Positions 20,667 through 29,976 of a stretch of 64,000 bases of DNA are shown one piece after another. A model generated the notes under the pieces. The model ran no database searches and had not been told where the DNA came from. It was given only the letters and a program-made list of their open reading frames with translations. The stretch is from Ostreococcus lucimarinus. Lineage: Eukaryota. How positions within the stretch are numbered: the stretch's first letter is position 1; the number at the start of each line of letters is the position of its first letter. The stretch is taken from NCBI GenBank assembly GCA_000092065.1, contig CP000596.1. One strand, given 5' to 3'. The position numbers and the translations under genes were made by a program.

Positions 20667-21218
20667 CTACGCCGCCGCGAGCGTCGCGAGCGTCGCGAGC
20701 GTCGCCGCGAGCGTCGCCGCGAGCGTCGTCGGCGTCCCTCGCGCCGCCGCGCTCGGCGCCGCCGCGACGGTGTTGTCCCAATTATTGCACGCCATGTGCG
20801 ACGCGCCCGGCATGTACATCCCGTTCATCGCGTGATTCGCCGGTCCGCAATTCATCGCCACCGACTGTTGCGTCGCCGTCGCCGCGCTGCCCTGCATCAT
20901 GTGCGACGCGTTGAAGCAATCGAACGTCTTCCCGTACTTGCTCACCTGCACCGGCGCCATCGCCGCGTTCGACGCGGCGCACACGTCGTCGCACCGCTCC
21001 GCCGTGCACCCCTCGTACGTGTACGCCGCCGTCGTCGCGCCGCACCACGTGTTCGTCGCGTTCCCGATCCCGCACGCCGTCGCCGTCGTCGGCGTCGTCG
21101 TGTCGCAGTCGGCCGTGCACGCGTACGTTCGCGACGCCGGGACGTTCGCGACGACGGGCGTGACCGCGAGCGCGAGCGCGCAGAGCGCGCGCAGGACGAT
21201 CGCGCGCGCGACGCGCAT
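20667..21218 (-). CDS. Small secreted Cys-rich protein with hydrophobic (LAAT)n C-terminus, a possible GPI signal
   Basis: 183 aa. Signal peptide MRVARAIVLRALCALALAVTPVVA. About 12 Cys. Ends LAATLAATLATLATLAAA. Confidence 0.45.
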   Translation of the reverse strand: MRVARAIVLRALCALALAVTPVVANVPASRTYACTADCDTTTPTTATACGIGNATNTWCGATTAAYTYEGCTAERCDDVCAASNAAMAPVQVSKYGKTFDCFNASHMMQGSAATATQQSVAMNCGPANHAMNGMYMPGASHMACNNWDNTVAAAPSAAARGTPTTLAATLAATLATLATLAAA

Positions 21219-21452
21219 CGCGAGGACCGCCGACGAATGACGGTCGGTCGCCGACGAATGACGGTCGGTCGCGTGTCTTCCGCCGCAGCCGGCGTCGCGC
21301 GCGTCTCGATGGCGTCCGTCTCGACGACGCGCGCGGTGTCGACGACGCGCGCGCGCGCGGGACGGCGTCGCGCGACGCGCGGCGCGCGCGCGACGGCGGA
21401 CGACGACGGACGCGACGACGACGCGCGACGCGTCGGACGACGCGCGGCGACG

Positions 21453-22550
21453 ATGGGCGCGAGCGCGACGGTCGCGGCGCTGGCGGTGACGGCGACGCCG
21501 GCGTCGGCGCGCGCGGTGGGAACGATGTGCGGGTACTTTGATGAATTCAGCGCCGGGCTGGCGCCGGCGTACGCGTTCAGCACGCCGTGGAGCGAGGGCC
21601 TGGTCGCGGACGCGACGTGGGTTCGCGGCGTCGGTGATTATAAAAAGGCGAAGAAGGAAGCGAACGCGCCGGTTTTAGCCGTCAGCGACGGGCCGGGGGT
21701 GTCGCACGCGTACATGAGCGCGCTCGAAACGCTGAGCGGCGAGGTCGGCGGCGCGCGGGAAGTTTTCCTCTACGACCAAAGAGGCTGCGGCAAGTCAAAG
21801 TCGGCGACGGACGGCGAGGTTTACGATTTGGATTTATACCTGAACGAGTTGCGAACGGTGGTGAGAGAGTTGCGATTGGTCGAAGAGGGCGGTGCGCACG
21901 TGCTGGCGCACGGGTATTGGGGCGCTCGTCTCGCCACGGCGATGGCGCTCGAGCGACCGAATTTCGCGAAGACGCTGACGCTCGTGTCGCCGACGGCGTC
22001 GCGCGCGACGGAGGTCCGCGACTGGCGTCGAGCGCTGGACGACATATCGCCGGAATCGCGAAACGTGATTCTGGCGTATGAGGCTGATTTGGACGACTCG
22101 AAGCGCGACGCGTACGACGCCGGCATGCGCGAGTTTAGCTCGCGCTTCGTCTCCACGCGAGGCGCGGCGGGCGCGTGCTTTGACGTCGCGCTCGCACCGC
22201 GCACGAGTGATGCGCAACGGCTCGCGATCACGGGTGGTCGTTACTTCACGGCATCCGGTTCGCTCGCGTCTGACTCGATTCAACTCGATGACTTGGGCTC
22301 GCGTCTCGGCGCCAACGGCGTACGAGCCGTGCGCGTCGTCCGAGGGGCGAACGACGCGGTTTCGGAATCGAGCGCGAAGGAAATCGTGAATGCGATCAAC
22401 GCGAACGATGGCGAACCGTTTTGCGCGTACGACGAAGTCTCGAACGCGGGATCGTGCGTCTTTCTCGATCGTGGCGATTACTTTTACGAATCTTTGAACG
22501 TCTGCGTCGAGCTCGCCGAAGACGAAAGCGGAGGCGCTCGACGCTTGTAA
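21453..22550 (+). CDS. Alpha/beta hydrolase, proline-iminopeptidase-like (S33 fold), with the nucleophile Ser replaced by Tyr
   Basis: 365 aa from ATG at 21453; an upstream in-frame Ala/Arg/Ser-rich extension could be a transit peptide. Motifs SDGPGVSHAYM and LYDQRGCGKS. Nucleophile elbow reads AHGYWGA where GGSWG is expected. Confidence 0.6.
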   Translation: MGASATVAALAVTATPASARAVGTMCGYFDEFSAGLAPAYAFSTPWSEGLVADATWVRGVGDYKKAKKEANAPVLAVSDGPGVSHAYMSALETLSGEVGGAREVFLYDQRGCGKSKSATDGEVYDLDLYLNELRTVVRELRLVEEGGAHVLAHGYWGARLATAMALERPNFAKTLTLVSPTASRATEVRDWRRALDDISPESRNVILAYEADLDDSKRDAYDAGMREFSSRFVSTRGAAGACFDVALAPRTSDAQRLAITGGRYFTASGSLASDSIQLDDLGSRLGANGVRAVRVVRGANDAVSESSAKEIVNAINANDGEPFCAYDEVSNAGSCVFLDRGDYFYESLNVCVELAEDESGGARRL

Positions 22551-22757
22551 ACTATGGGATTGATGTAGCGACGCACGCCGCGGTCGGTGCGCTGGAGCTT
22601 CGACTCACTCTAACGCTCTAAATCGACTCGCGTCGCGCGCGCGCGCGCTCGTTCGGACGCGCGAGATTCAGCGCCGCCGCGTCTCGGTCTCGCGCGCGGG
22701 TCCCGTTCAACCAGCCGGTTCGCCATCGTCGTCACGCGCGCGCGCGCACCGCGCGTC

Positions 22758-23300
22758 ATGACGCCCGAGCGATGCGAGAGAGAGTTGCACGACATGGCGA
22801 CTCGCACGTCGCCCATCGTGCGATTCATGCTGCAGAAGCTCGCCGAGGCTGGGTGCGCGATCGACGCGAGATTTTTCAGCGTGGAGACGTGCGACAAGAG
22901 CGTCGTCGGAGGGTTTCGACCGCCCGATGGGGTGGTGATGTGCCACAATCAGATACACGATCGAACGACGATGGAAAACATGCTGGCGCACGAGCTGATA
23001 CACGCGTACGATCAGTGCCGGGGAGGGAAAAAGATGAACTGGCTCGACGTGCGACAGCACGCGTGCTCGGAGGTGCGCGCGGCGAATTTGAGCGGGGATT
23101 GTCACTGGATGAACGAGCTCATGCGAGGACGGGTGTTCTTTGACTTGAAGAAACATCATCAAAAGTGCGTGCGACGGCGCGCGGAGCTCTCGGTGGCGAT
23201 GAACCCGAATTGTACGAGCGACGCGCACGCGAAACAAGTCGTCGACGAGGTCTTCGAGCGATGCTTCAAAGATACGGCGCCGTACGACGACATCCCGTGA
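22758..23300 (+). CDS. ATP23: Mitochondrial inner-membrane metalloprotease ATP23 (M76)
   Basis: 180 aa. HELIHAYD zinc motif. Conserved Cys pattern of Atp23/XRCC6BP1. Confidence 0.8.
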   Translation: MTPERCERELHDMATRTSPIVRFMLQKLAEAGCAIDARFFSVETCDKSVVGGFRPPDGVVMCHNQIHDRTTMENMLAHELIHAYDQCRGGKKMNWLDVRQHACSEVRAANLSGDCHWMNELMRGRVFFDLKKHHQKCVRRRAELSVAMNPNCTSDAHAKQVVDEVFERCFKDTAPYDDIP

Positions 23301-23557
23301 CGCGTTCGCGATGAACGCACCACACTAGCTTAGCCGCACCGATGTACTATGTATAGTTGCCTTTGAAAGTTCTTTTCGCGCGCGCGCGTCGTCTCCCCGA
23401 GGCAATCGGATCCGCGCCGCGCGAAAACGACGGAAGAAGATTTTGGATGTATTGACACACACACTACTCTACGAGTGTACGGGACGTGAATTTTACGGGG
23501 TGATGCTGGGTATTAAATCCCCTTCGCGCGTAGAATCGCCCTGCCGATCTGGATCGA

Positions 23558-24542
23558 TTATTTAAGCAACTCTTGACCGAAGAGGACGACGAATTTGCCA
23601 AAGCGTCCGACGACGTCGATGGTCCCGCCGACGGTGGGCAACTCCAAGCGAACCGGGGTTTCCTTCGAGGCCGTGCCTTCGAAGAAAGAACCCTCGCTCG
23701 TGCGCGGAGGCAAACCAGGGCCGAACGCCGGGTGTTCGAGCAACGCCGCCAAAAGCTGCGTCCCTCGCAGCGCGTTGGTGAGAGGCATGTGTCCCGGCGC
23801 GGCGTCCGCTCGCCATTGAAATTCTTGCGGAAACTTGCGATAGTCTCCATTTTCCCCAGTCGTCCAGTCAATCTTCTTGAAGAACTTCGCCCACTGCTTC
23901 TTTTGAGAGATCCAAATCTTTCTTTGCACGCTGAATCCAAATCTGTTGTTACTGTAAAACTTCCACAACTCGTCGATTGTTCGCAAATCCGTCGCCGGCA
24001 TGTTATCCACCTCGGTGAAGTACACCCACTCGCGATCCTCCGCATCTTCGCCCGCCAGCACGCACATCAACCGGCGGTGCTCGTCGTCCGCCTTTTCCCA
24101 CTCACCGGCTTCGAGCAAGGCCTTGAACGGGGCGTAGTCAACCCCCATCTGTCGTCGAAGCGTTTCGTCTTCGTCAGTCTCGCGCGAGTGGATAGGGTCT
24201 CTCTCTCGCGCGCGCGATCTCCGCGCTTCCCGCGCGCGTTTTCGCGCGTCGCGCGACTTTACGACCGCGCGCGGTCGTGCGAAGCACCACCGCGTCGTCG
24301 CGCGCGTCGTCGCGCGCGCGCGTCGCTTCACGCGCGCGTCGAGCGCGTCGCGAACGACGCACCTCGGAATCGAGCGCCGGTGGCGCCGGACCTTCGGAGG
24401 CTTCTCCGGACGACGTCGCGCTGGATTCGCCCGTGCCGACCGCGCGGAGGGGGTGGGCGACTCTGGATCTATGCGTTTTCGCGACGCGCGCGACGGGGGC
24501 GTGCGCGACGCATCGACCGTTCGCGACGGCGGAGGCCAACAT
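23558..24542 (-). CDS. GUN4: GUN4 tetrapyrrole-binding Mg-chelatase regulator; exons 24363..24542 (transit peptide) and 23558..24148
   Basis: Exon 1 encodes MLASAVANGRCVAHAPVARVAK...PPALDSE (chloroplast-transit-like) and ends at a GTGCGT donor. ACTGAC then CAG sit immediately before ATGGGGGTTGAC, the start of exon 2. Exon 2 is the GUN4 core (VDYAPFKALLEAGEWEKADDEHRRLM, LWKFYSNNRFGFSVQRKIW). 256 aa, against 265 aa in Arabidopsis. Confidence 0.75.
24149..24362 (-). other. Intron of the GUN4 gene (214 nt)
   Basis: Donor GTGCGT. ACTGAC about 22 nt upstream of the CAG acceptor that directly abuts the internal ATG. Confidence 0.7.
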
Positions 24543-24658
24543 GACGATCGAGTCGCGTTGTGCGGGACAACGCCACAGGGGTTTGGGCGGAACGCGCGAG
24601 ATATTTTCACGCGCGCGGCGGCTTCGACGGCGCGGGCGAGCGCGAAAGGTGAGATCGA

Positions 24659-25837
24659 TCACAAAAACACCTCGGGACGACTGACGTCGTCGAAGGCGTG
24701 GTAGGCGTCGTACACGATCTCGTAACGGGAGAACGTGGGGTGATCGCGCACGCGGCCGTTTCGCAACAGAAACAACACGTGCGACGTGGCGACGAGGCAA
24801 AAGACGCCGAACACCCAATCGAGATTTTGGAGGGCGAAATAGAGGGTGATGGAGAAATGACCGGTCAGGCTGAGGTAGATGTACGCGATCGAGCACGCGT
24901 AACTGGTGACGACGACGACCCACGCCGCGGTTTCCACGCGCACGCGGCGCGTGAGGAGCAACACGCACGCCAAGACGCGACTACCGTCCATGGGGTAACA
25001 CGGAAGAAAGTGCCACACTAAGAGCGCAAAGTTCAGAAACGCCAAGTACCGACACAAGAATGAGACATCATCGAGCGCGACGAGGCTCAGGAGCCACCAA
25101 AGTGCAAGCATGGGCGCGTGAGAAATCGGTCCCGCGAGCGTCACCGCGAGCTCTTGCGACAGCGTCAACCCGTCCAAATGCAAAAAGGCCAGCGCCCCGA
25201 ACGGCCATAAAATGATCCCCTTGTCCTCATCGACTCTACCCCCGAATCGTCTGCACGCGTACACGTGGCTAAGCTCGTGCGCGATCATCGTCCCGTATCC
25301 GAACGCGAAAAAGCACGACAAGAAAATCGTCACAAAGAGCACCCAAAAGAAGAAACCCCCGCCGCCAACAAACGGTCCGAGCACGACCAACAGCGTCCAC
25401 ATCACCCCCCACACATAAATCGTCCACAGCGACACGAATATCTTCACGTCACCGAGCGTCATCCAAAACTTTGGTTGAAGGTACCGGTCGAACGCGTCCT
25501 CGGGCGCCGCGCGCTGCGATTCCTCATCTCCATCTCCGCTCGCTCCCGCGTCGTCGCGCCCGCCGTCCACGACCGCGTCGAGTTCACGCTCGAGATCGTC
25601 CTCCGCGCGCTCGCGCGTCGTCGTCGTCTTCGCGTCGCTCGTCGTCGTCGCCGCGTCGTTCGGTAACAACTTTCGCGTGGAAGTTTCGTCGTCGTCGCCA
25701 TCGTCGTCGCGCGCATCGGCGCCACCGCGCGCCGTCGGCGTCGCGCCCTCGCTCATCGCGTCGACGACGATGGCGTCGTTCGCGTCTCGCGGACTCTCGC
25801 GCGTCTCCGCGCCGTCGGCGTCGTCCAGGATCGCCAT
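24659..25837 (-). CDS. Site-2-protease family (M50) intramembrane metalloprotease
   Basis: 392 aa. Multiple TM helices. HELSHV (HExxH) within a TM helix and a downstream NFALLVWHFLPCYPMDGSRV (LDG-type) motif. Acidic N-terminal region. Confidence 0.7.
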   Translation of the reverse strand: MAILDDADGAETRESPRDANDAIVVDAMSEGATPTARGGADARDDDGDDDETSTRKLLPNDAATTTSDAKTTTTRERAEDDLERELDAVVDGGRDDAGASGDGDEESQRAAPEDAFDRYLQPKFWMTLGDVKIFVSLWTIYVWGVMWTLLVVLGPFVGGGGFFFWVLFVTIFLSCFFAFGYGTMIAHELSHVYACRRFGGRVDEDKGIILWPFGALAFLHLDGLTLSQELAVTLAGPISHAPMLALWWLLSLVALDDVSFLCRYLAFLNFALLVWHFLPCYPMDGSRVLACVLLLTRRVRVETAAWVVVVTSYACSIAYIYLSLTGHFSITLYFALQNLDWVFGVFCLVATSHVLFLLRNGRVRDHPTFSRYEIVYDAYHAFDDVSRPEVFL

Positions 25838-25918
25838 CGTCGTCGTCGCGCAGTGACGACGACAGAACGTCAGAGCGCGTCGCGGCGACGCGGTGCGCGG
25901 CCGCTGGACGCGCGTCGC

Positions 25919-26935
25919 ATGGAGGCGCGATTCGCGCGGCGCGTCGACGACGCGCTCGGCGCGCGGCTCGCGTCGCGCGGGTACGCGTGCGTCGATGACT
26001 TTCTCGAGCGGGACACCGCGGACGCGATGCGCCGCGAGCTCGAACGACTCGCGGACGCGCGCGATGCGAACGAGACGGGGCGGGGAGGCGGGCGAAAGTA
26101 TTTACGACCGAATCGCACCAAGTTCGGGGACGAACACTTGTTCGGGAAACCGAACATTTACGAGTGCGACATGCACGACGACGGGACGCTGGCGGAGACG
26201 AAGCGCGACGCGGCGTACGCGACGATTTGGGAATTCTTTCGCGCGACGGAGCGAGGCATGGCGGATGCGTTTCGAAGGGTGATTCCAGAGATCGCGCTGC
26301 GCGACGGTCCGGACTCGCGCACGGTGAAATTGCAAGTGAACGAAGGACGCGGCGCGTGCTTCCCGTGGCACTACGACAACCCGGGCGCGCCGTCGAATCG
26401 AGCGTTGACGTGTATATTATATCTCAATCCCGATTGGAAGCCGGGCGACGGGGGTGAATTACGTCTTCAACCGTTTTGCGGCGTCGCGGCGACGATTCAG
26501 CCGAAACATAACCGATTAGCCATATTTTTTAGCGACCGAACGCTGCATCGAGTGACGCCGTCGACGGCGGCGAAAAGGTACGCCGTCACGGTTTGGCTCG
26601 ACGCAGATTTCGTCGACCCGCGCACGGGGGCATCGACGAACGCGTCGGAGTTAAATCTGAACGCACGAGAGGCGCTGAGTGATATAGCGAAGACGGCGAA
26701 AGAGTTGGCGCGAGGGAACGCGCAGCGCGCCTTGTCTCGCGCCGTGTACGCAGACGAGTACGAAGCCTCGCTCGTGGAGTGCATGGGAAACGCGCGCGGG
26801 GCGGACGAGATGCTCCAGGCGCACTACGAACACTGTAGATCAGTGAAAAAGAACCACGCGTTGAAGACGCTCGTGGATGCGCTGCGCGATTATCGTCGAG
26901 AAGTCGAAGCGAGCGCCGCCGAAGTCGAGCTTTAG
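25919..26935 (+). CDS. 2-oxoglutarate/Fe(II)-dependent oxygenase, prolyl-hydroxylase-like
   Basis: 338 aa from the first ATG. The HxD...H triad is WHYDNP...NRLAIFFSDRTLHRV, with an RYAVTVW 2OG-binding Arg. Confidence 0.65.
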   Translation: MEARFARRVDDALGARLASRGYACVDDFLERDTADAMRRELERLADARDANETGRGGGRKYLRPNRTKFGDEHLFGKPNIYECDMHDDGTLAETKRDAAYATIWEFFRATERGMADAFRRVIPEIALRDGPDSRTVKLQVNEGRGACFPWHYDNPGAPSNRALTCILYLNPDWKPGDGGELRLQPFCGVAATIQPKHNRLAIFFSDRTLHRVTPSTAAKRYAVTVWLDADFVDPRTGASTNASELNLNAREALSDIAKTAKELARGNAQRALSRAVYADEYEASLVECMGNARGADEMLQAHYEHCRSVKKNHALKTLVDALRDYRREVEASAAEVEL

Positions 26936-26978
26936 CCGTCGATAGGAAATTTAGTCACAACAATAGCGCGTTAAAAAT

Positions 26979-28145
26979 CTAGTACGTGATCGTCTTAGAA
27001 ACGTCGAAGAAGTGCTTGACCGATTCCTCAGGCGTGCCCACGAGCACGCCGTGACCGAGGTTGAGGATGTGACCGGTCGGACCCGCCTTGCGGCACACGT
27101 CTCTGACAGCCTTTTCGATCGCGTCTTCTCCGGCGAAGAGGACGACGGGATCGACGTTACCTTGCACCGCCTTGTCCCCGACGCGGCGTCGACCATCCTC
27201 CATATCGATCGTCCAATCCAGCCCGATGGTGTCCACCGGCAACGTCGCCATGCGCTCCAAAAGACCGCCCGAACCGTTGGCGTACATAGTAATCGGCACT
27301 CCCGGGTGCGTCTGGTTCACCTTGCGAACGACGCGCTCGATGTACGGCTTGCTCCATTCCTCCCACATGTGCGGCGGCAATTGTCCACCCCAAGAGTCGA
27401 ACACTTGAATCACTTGCGCGCCGGCATCGATTTGGAATCCGACGTACACCGCCAACGCGTCCGCCACGGCGCTCAGCAACTTGTGCAACACCTCGGGATT
27501 GTTGAAGCACATCGACTTGATGGTTTTGTACGTCGACGTCGATTGCCCTTCGACGATGTACGTGCACAGCGTCCACGGCGCGCCGACGAAACCGAGCACG
27601 GCCGCTTCATCACCAACCTCTTGTCGCAAAATCTTCAACGAATCCGCCACGAACTCAACCTTACTCAAATCAACTTCGTGCAACATCTTCAAATCCTCCG
27701 CGCTTCGAATCGTCTTCTCCAACATCGGTCCCTTGTAATCGTCAATCTCGAAATCGATCCCGAACGCCGGAAACGGGGTCAAGATGTCGCTGAACAGAAT
27801 CACCCCATCCGGTTGAAACGCGCGAAACGGTTGCAGCGTGATCTCGCAGATCAGATCCGTCGTCTCGCTTCGCTCGCGAAAGCTCGGATGTTTCACCGCC
27901 ACGTCCCGGTACTCCTTCATGTACCGTCCCGCTTGTCGCATCATCCACGCCGGCGCGCGTTCGACCTTTTCTTTCCTCGCCGCTCGCACCATGAGCGGAT
28001 CGTTCGCGCTCGCGCTCGCGCTCGCGTCGCACGCGCGCGTCTTCCGCATCTTTCGCAGCGCGCGCGACGCCGCGCCGCGCGTCGCATCGTTTCGCGATCT
28101 CGAGCGCAGCGCGCGCGCGTCGCGCGCGGTGCGCGCCGCGAACAT
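26979..28145 (-). CDS. HEME: Uroporphyrinogen decarboxylase with plastid transit peptide
   Basis: 388 aa. [15 protein letters not shown] and ILFSDILTP signatures. Real ATG at 28145. Confidence 0.9.
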   Translation of the reverse strand: MFAARTARDARALRSRSRNDATRGAASRALRKMRKTRACDASASASANDPLMVRAARKEKVERAPAWMMRQAGRYMKEYRDVAVKHPSFRERSETTDLICEITLQPFRAFQPDGVILFSDILTPFPAFGIDFEIDDYKGPMLEKTIRSAEDLKMLHEVDLSKVEFVADSLKILRQEVGDEAAVLGFVGAPWTLCTYIVEGQSTSTYKTIKSMCFNNPEVLHKLLSAVADALAVYVGFQIDAGAQVIQVFDSWGGQLPPHMWEEWSKPYIERVVRKVNQTHPGVPITMYANGSGGLLERMATLPVDTIGLDWTIDMEDGRRRVGDKAVQGNVDPVVLFAGEDAIEKAVRDVCRKAGPTGHILNLGHGVLVGTPEESVKHFFDVSKTITY

Positions 28146-28393
28146 GTCGCGCCCGAGCGTCGTGTGTGAGTCTCTAAAACCGACGCCTTAGCCGAAGCCG
28201 TCTCGCGCGTAGCGTCGACGCGTCGACGAGTGCGACGACGATCGCGCGAAAGATTGATTGATGCATCATTCACATCGCCGAGGCGCGCGTCGTGGATAGG
28301 GCGAGACGTCGCCGAGACGCGCGTCGTGGATAGGGCGAGATTTACAAAGTCGGCGACGCGTCGTTTCCAGTCGAAGCGCGACAGTCGGTGACG

Positions 28394-29200
28394 TCACCAA
28401 TCCACCTTGGTGGGCGCGGCGCCGAGCGACATCACCCCGTGCGCCTGGTGTAAGACCATGCGCCACGAACCGTCGAGCTGACGCTCGAAGACGTTCGTCG
28501 CGGCGAGCGAGGCGCCGCCGGAGACGCGCTCGACGCACGTGGCGAACCCCCAACCGTCGCCCGCGTGCACGCGAACGTCGGCGCACTGCACGTCCGCACC
28601 GCCGTCGGGCATGCTCGCGAAGATGATTTCCCACGATTCCAACACGTCGCGCGCGCCGGAGACGACGGCGGAACCGGGATGGAGACACTGCACGTGCGCG
28701 CCCTCGGCCCAAACCGCGCGCATCGCCGAGACGCTGGCGTCGCGAAACGCTCTGTAAAAACCCTCGTTCGCGTCTTGCACCGCGCGCGCGGCGTCTCGGG
28801 ATATGCTATCGATCAAATCTCTCAGTCTCGCCGCTTCTTCGTAATCCTCATCGCGTATCGCCGTTCGCAGGGCGAATTCGTAATCCGTCTTCGTCGGCGC
28901 CGACGCCGCGCGGTACGCCAAGCCGTCCCCGTCGCCGTCCGCGCTCGCGTCCGCGTCCGCGCCGGTCTCGCGTCCTCGCGCCGCGCTTTCGACGTCGCGC
29001 GCGCGCGACGACGACGCGTCGTTCGCGTCGTCGTTCGGCGTCGCGCGCGTTCGCGTCGCCGGCGTCGCGCGGTGTACGCGCCGCGCGATCGCGCGAATTT
29101 CCCGGCGCGCGTCCGCGCGCGCGACCGTCGCGCGCGTCGCGCGCGTCACCGGCGTCGGCATCGCGAAGTGCGGCGTCGACGGCACGCCTCGACGCGCCAT
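28394..29200 (-). CDS. UVR-motif plus NTF2/SnoaL-like domain protein with transit-peptide-like N-terminus
   Basis: 268 aa from ATG at 29200. DYEFALRTAIRDEDYEEAARLRDLID (UvrB/C-type helix) followed by an NTF2-like fold (FYRAFRDA...WEIIFAS). This ATG overlaps the FKBP ATG on a CATG palindrome. Confidence 0.5.
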   Translation of the reverse strand: MARRGVPSTPHFAMPTPVTRATRATVARADARREIRAIARRVHRATPATRTRATPNDDANDASSSRARDVESAARGRETGADADASADGDGDGLAYRAASAPTKTDYEFALRTAIRDEDYEEAARLRDLIDSISRDAARAVQDANEGFYRAFRDASVSAMRAVWAEGAHVQCLHPGSAVVSGARDVLESWEIIFASMPDGGADVQCADVRVHAGDGWGFATCVERVSGGASLAATNVFERQLDGSWRMVLHQAHGVMSLGAAPTKVDW

Positions 29201-29969
29201 GTCGACGCGAATCGCGATCGCGACGCGCGCGACGCGCGCTGGTGCGCGACACCGCGCGAGACCGCGTCGTCGCGCGCGCGTCGCGATCGCGCGGCGCGTC
29301 GTCGCGCGCGCGACGACGACGAACGACGACGACGACGACGACGACGCGAGTGACGACGCGAACGACGCGCTGAAACGCGTCGCGGCGACGACGCGCGGGA
29401 AAAGGCGACGGGCGGAGTCCACGGACGCGGTGGCGACGTTCATGACGCGCAGATTCGGGCTCAAGGGCGGCCTGGCGTGGTTGGGGGCGCTGACGTTCGG
29501 CGTGCTGAGCGAACAGCTCAAGACGAGACGCGAGACGCGCGAGGCGATCGAGAACACCGAGGACGTGCGGAGGGAGGATTTGAAGACGGTCGAACTGCCG
29601 AGCGGAGTGACGTACGTGGAGTACACGCGGGGGGGGGGGGAGCGCGTGCGAAAGCAGTACCTGTGCGCGGCGAAACTGCGCGCGCGCGCGGTTTCGGCGG
29701 AGGAGGCCGAGGCGTACGCGTACGACACGGAGTCGGCGGGAAGGGAAATCGTGTGGTCGTTCGGCGGGAAGCTCGGACCGCCGTTGTGTCGAGGGTTAGA
29801 GGAAGGCGTCGCCGGGATGCGACAGGGCGGGCGACGCGTCGTGCGCGTGCCGGCGCGATTGGCGTTCGGGAGCGACGGCGCGGATTTTCCGCGAGGCGGT
29901 AAAATCGACCCCGACCGCGACGTAGAGTTCGACGTCACGCTGACGCGCGTGAGCGTTCCACCGAGTTGA
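29199..29969 (+). CDS. FKBP-type peptidyl-prolyl isomerase, thylakoid-lumen type (transit peptide plus twin-arginine signal)
   Basis: 256 aa. TRRFGLKGGLAWLGALTFGV Tat-like signal. FKBP domain GVTYVEY...GREIVWSFGG...LEEGVAGMRQGGRRVVRVPARLAFG...EFDVTL. Confidence 0.75.
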   Translation: MSTRIAIATRATRAGARHRARPRRRARVAIARRVVARATTTNDDDDDDDASDDANDALKRVAATTRGKRRRAESTDAVATFMTRRFGLKGGLAWLGALTFGVLSEQLKTRRETREAIENTEDVRREDLKTVELPSGVTYVEYTRGGGERVRKQYLCAAKLRARAVSAEEAEAYAYDTESAGREIVWSFGGKLGPPLCRGLEEGVAGMRQGGRRVVRVPARLAFGSDGADFPRGGKIDPDRDVEFDVTLTRVSVPPS

Positions 29970-29976
29970 AGTGAGA

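Noticed and set aside
20628-21452. N-terminal about 275 aa of the 640-aa plus ORF (poly-Arg/Glu, RRERRERRERRRERRRERRRR)
   Set aside because: Compositional artefact antisense to the Cys-rich secreted-protein gene. Only the C-terminal 365 aa, from 21453, has hydrolase homology. A tandem 20-bp duplication (cgacgaatgacggtcggtcg x2, about 21231-21270) lies here.
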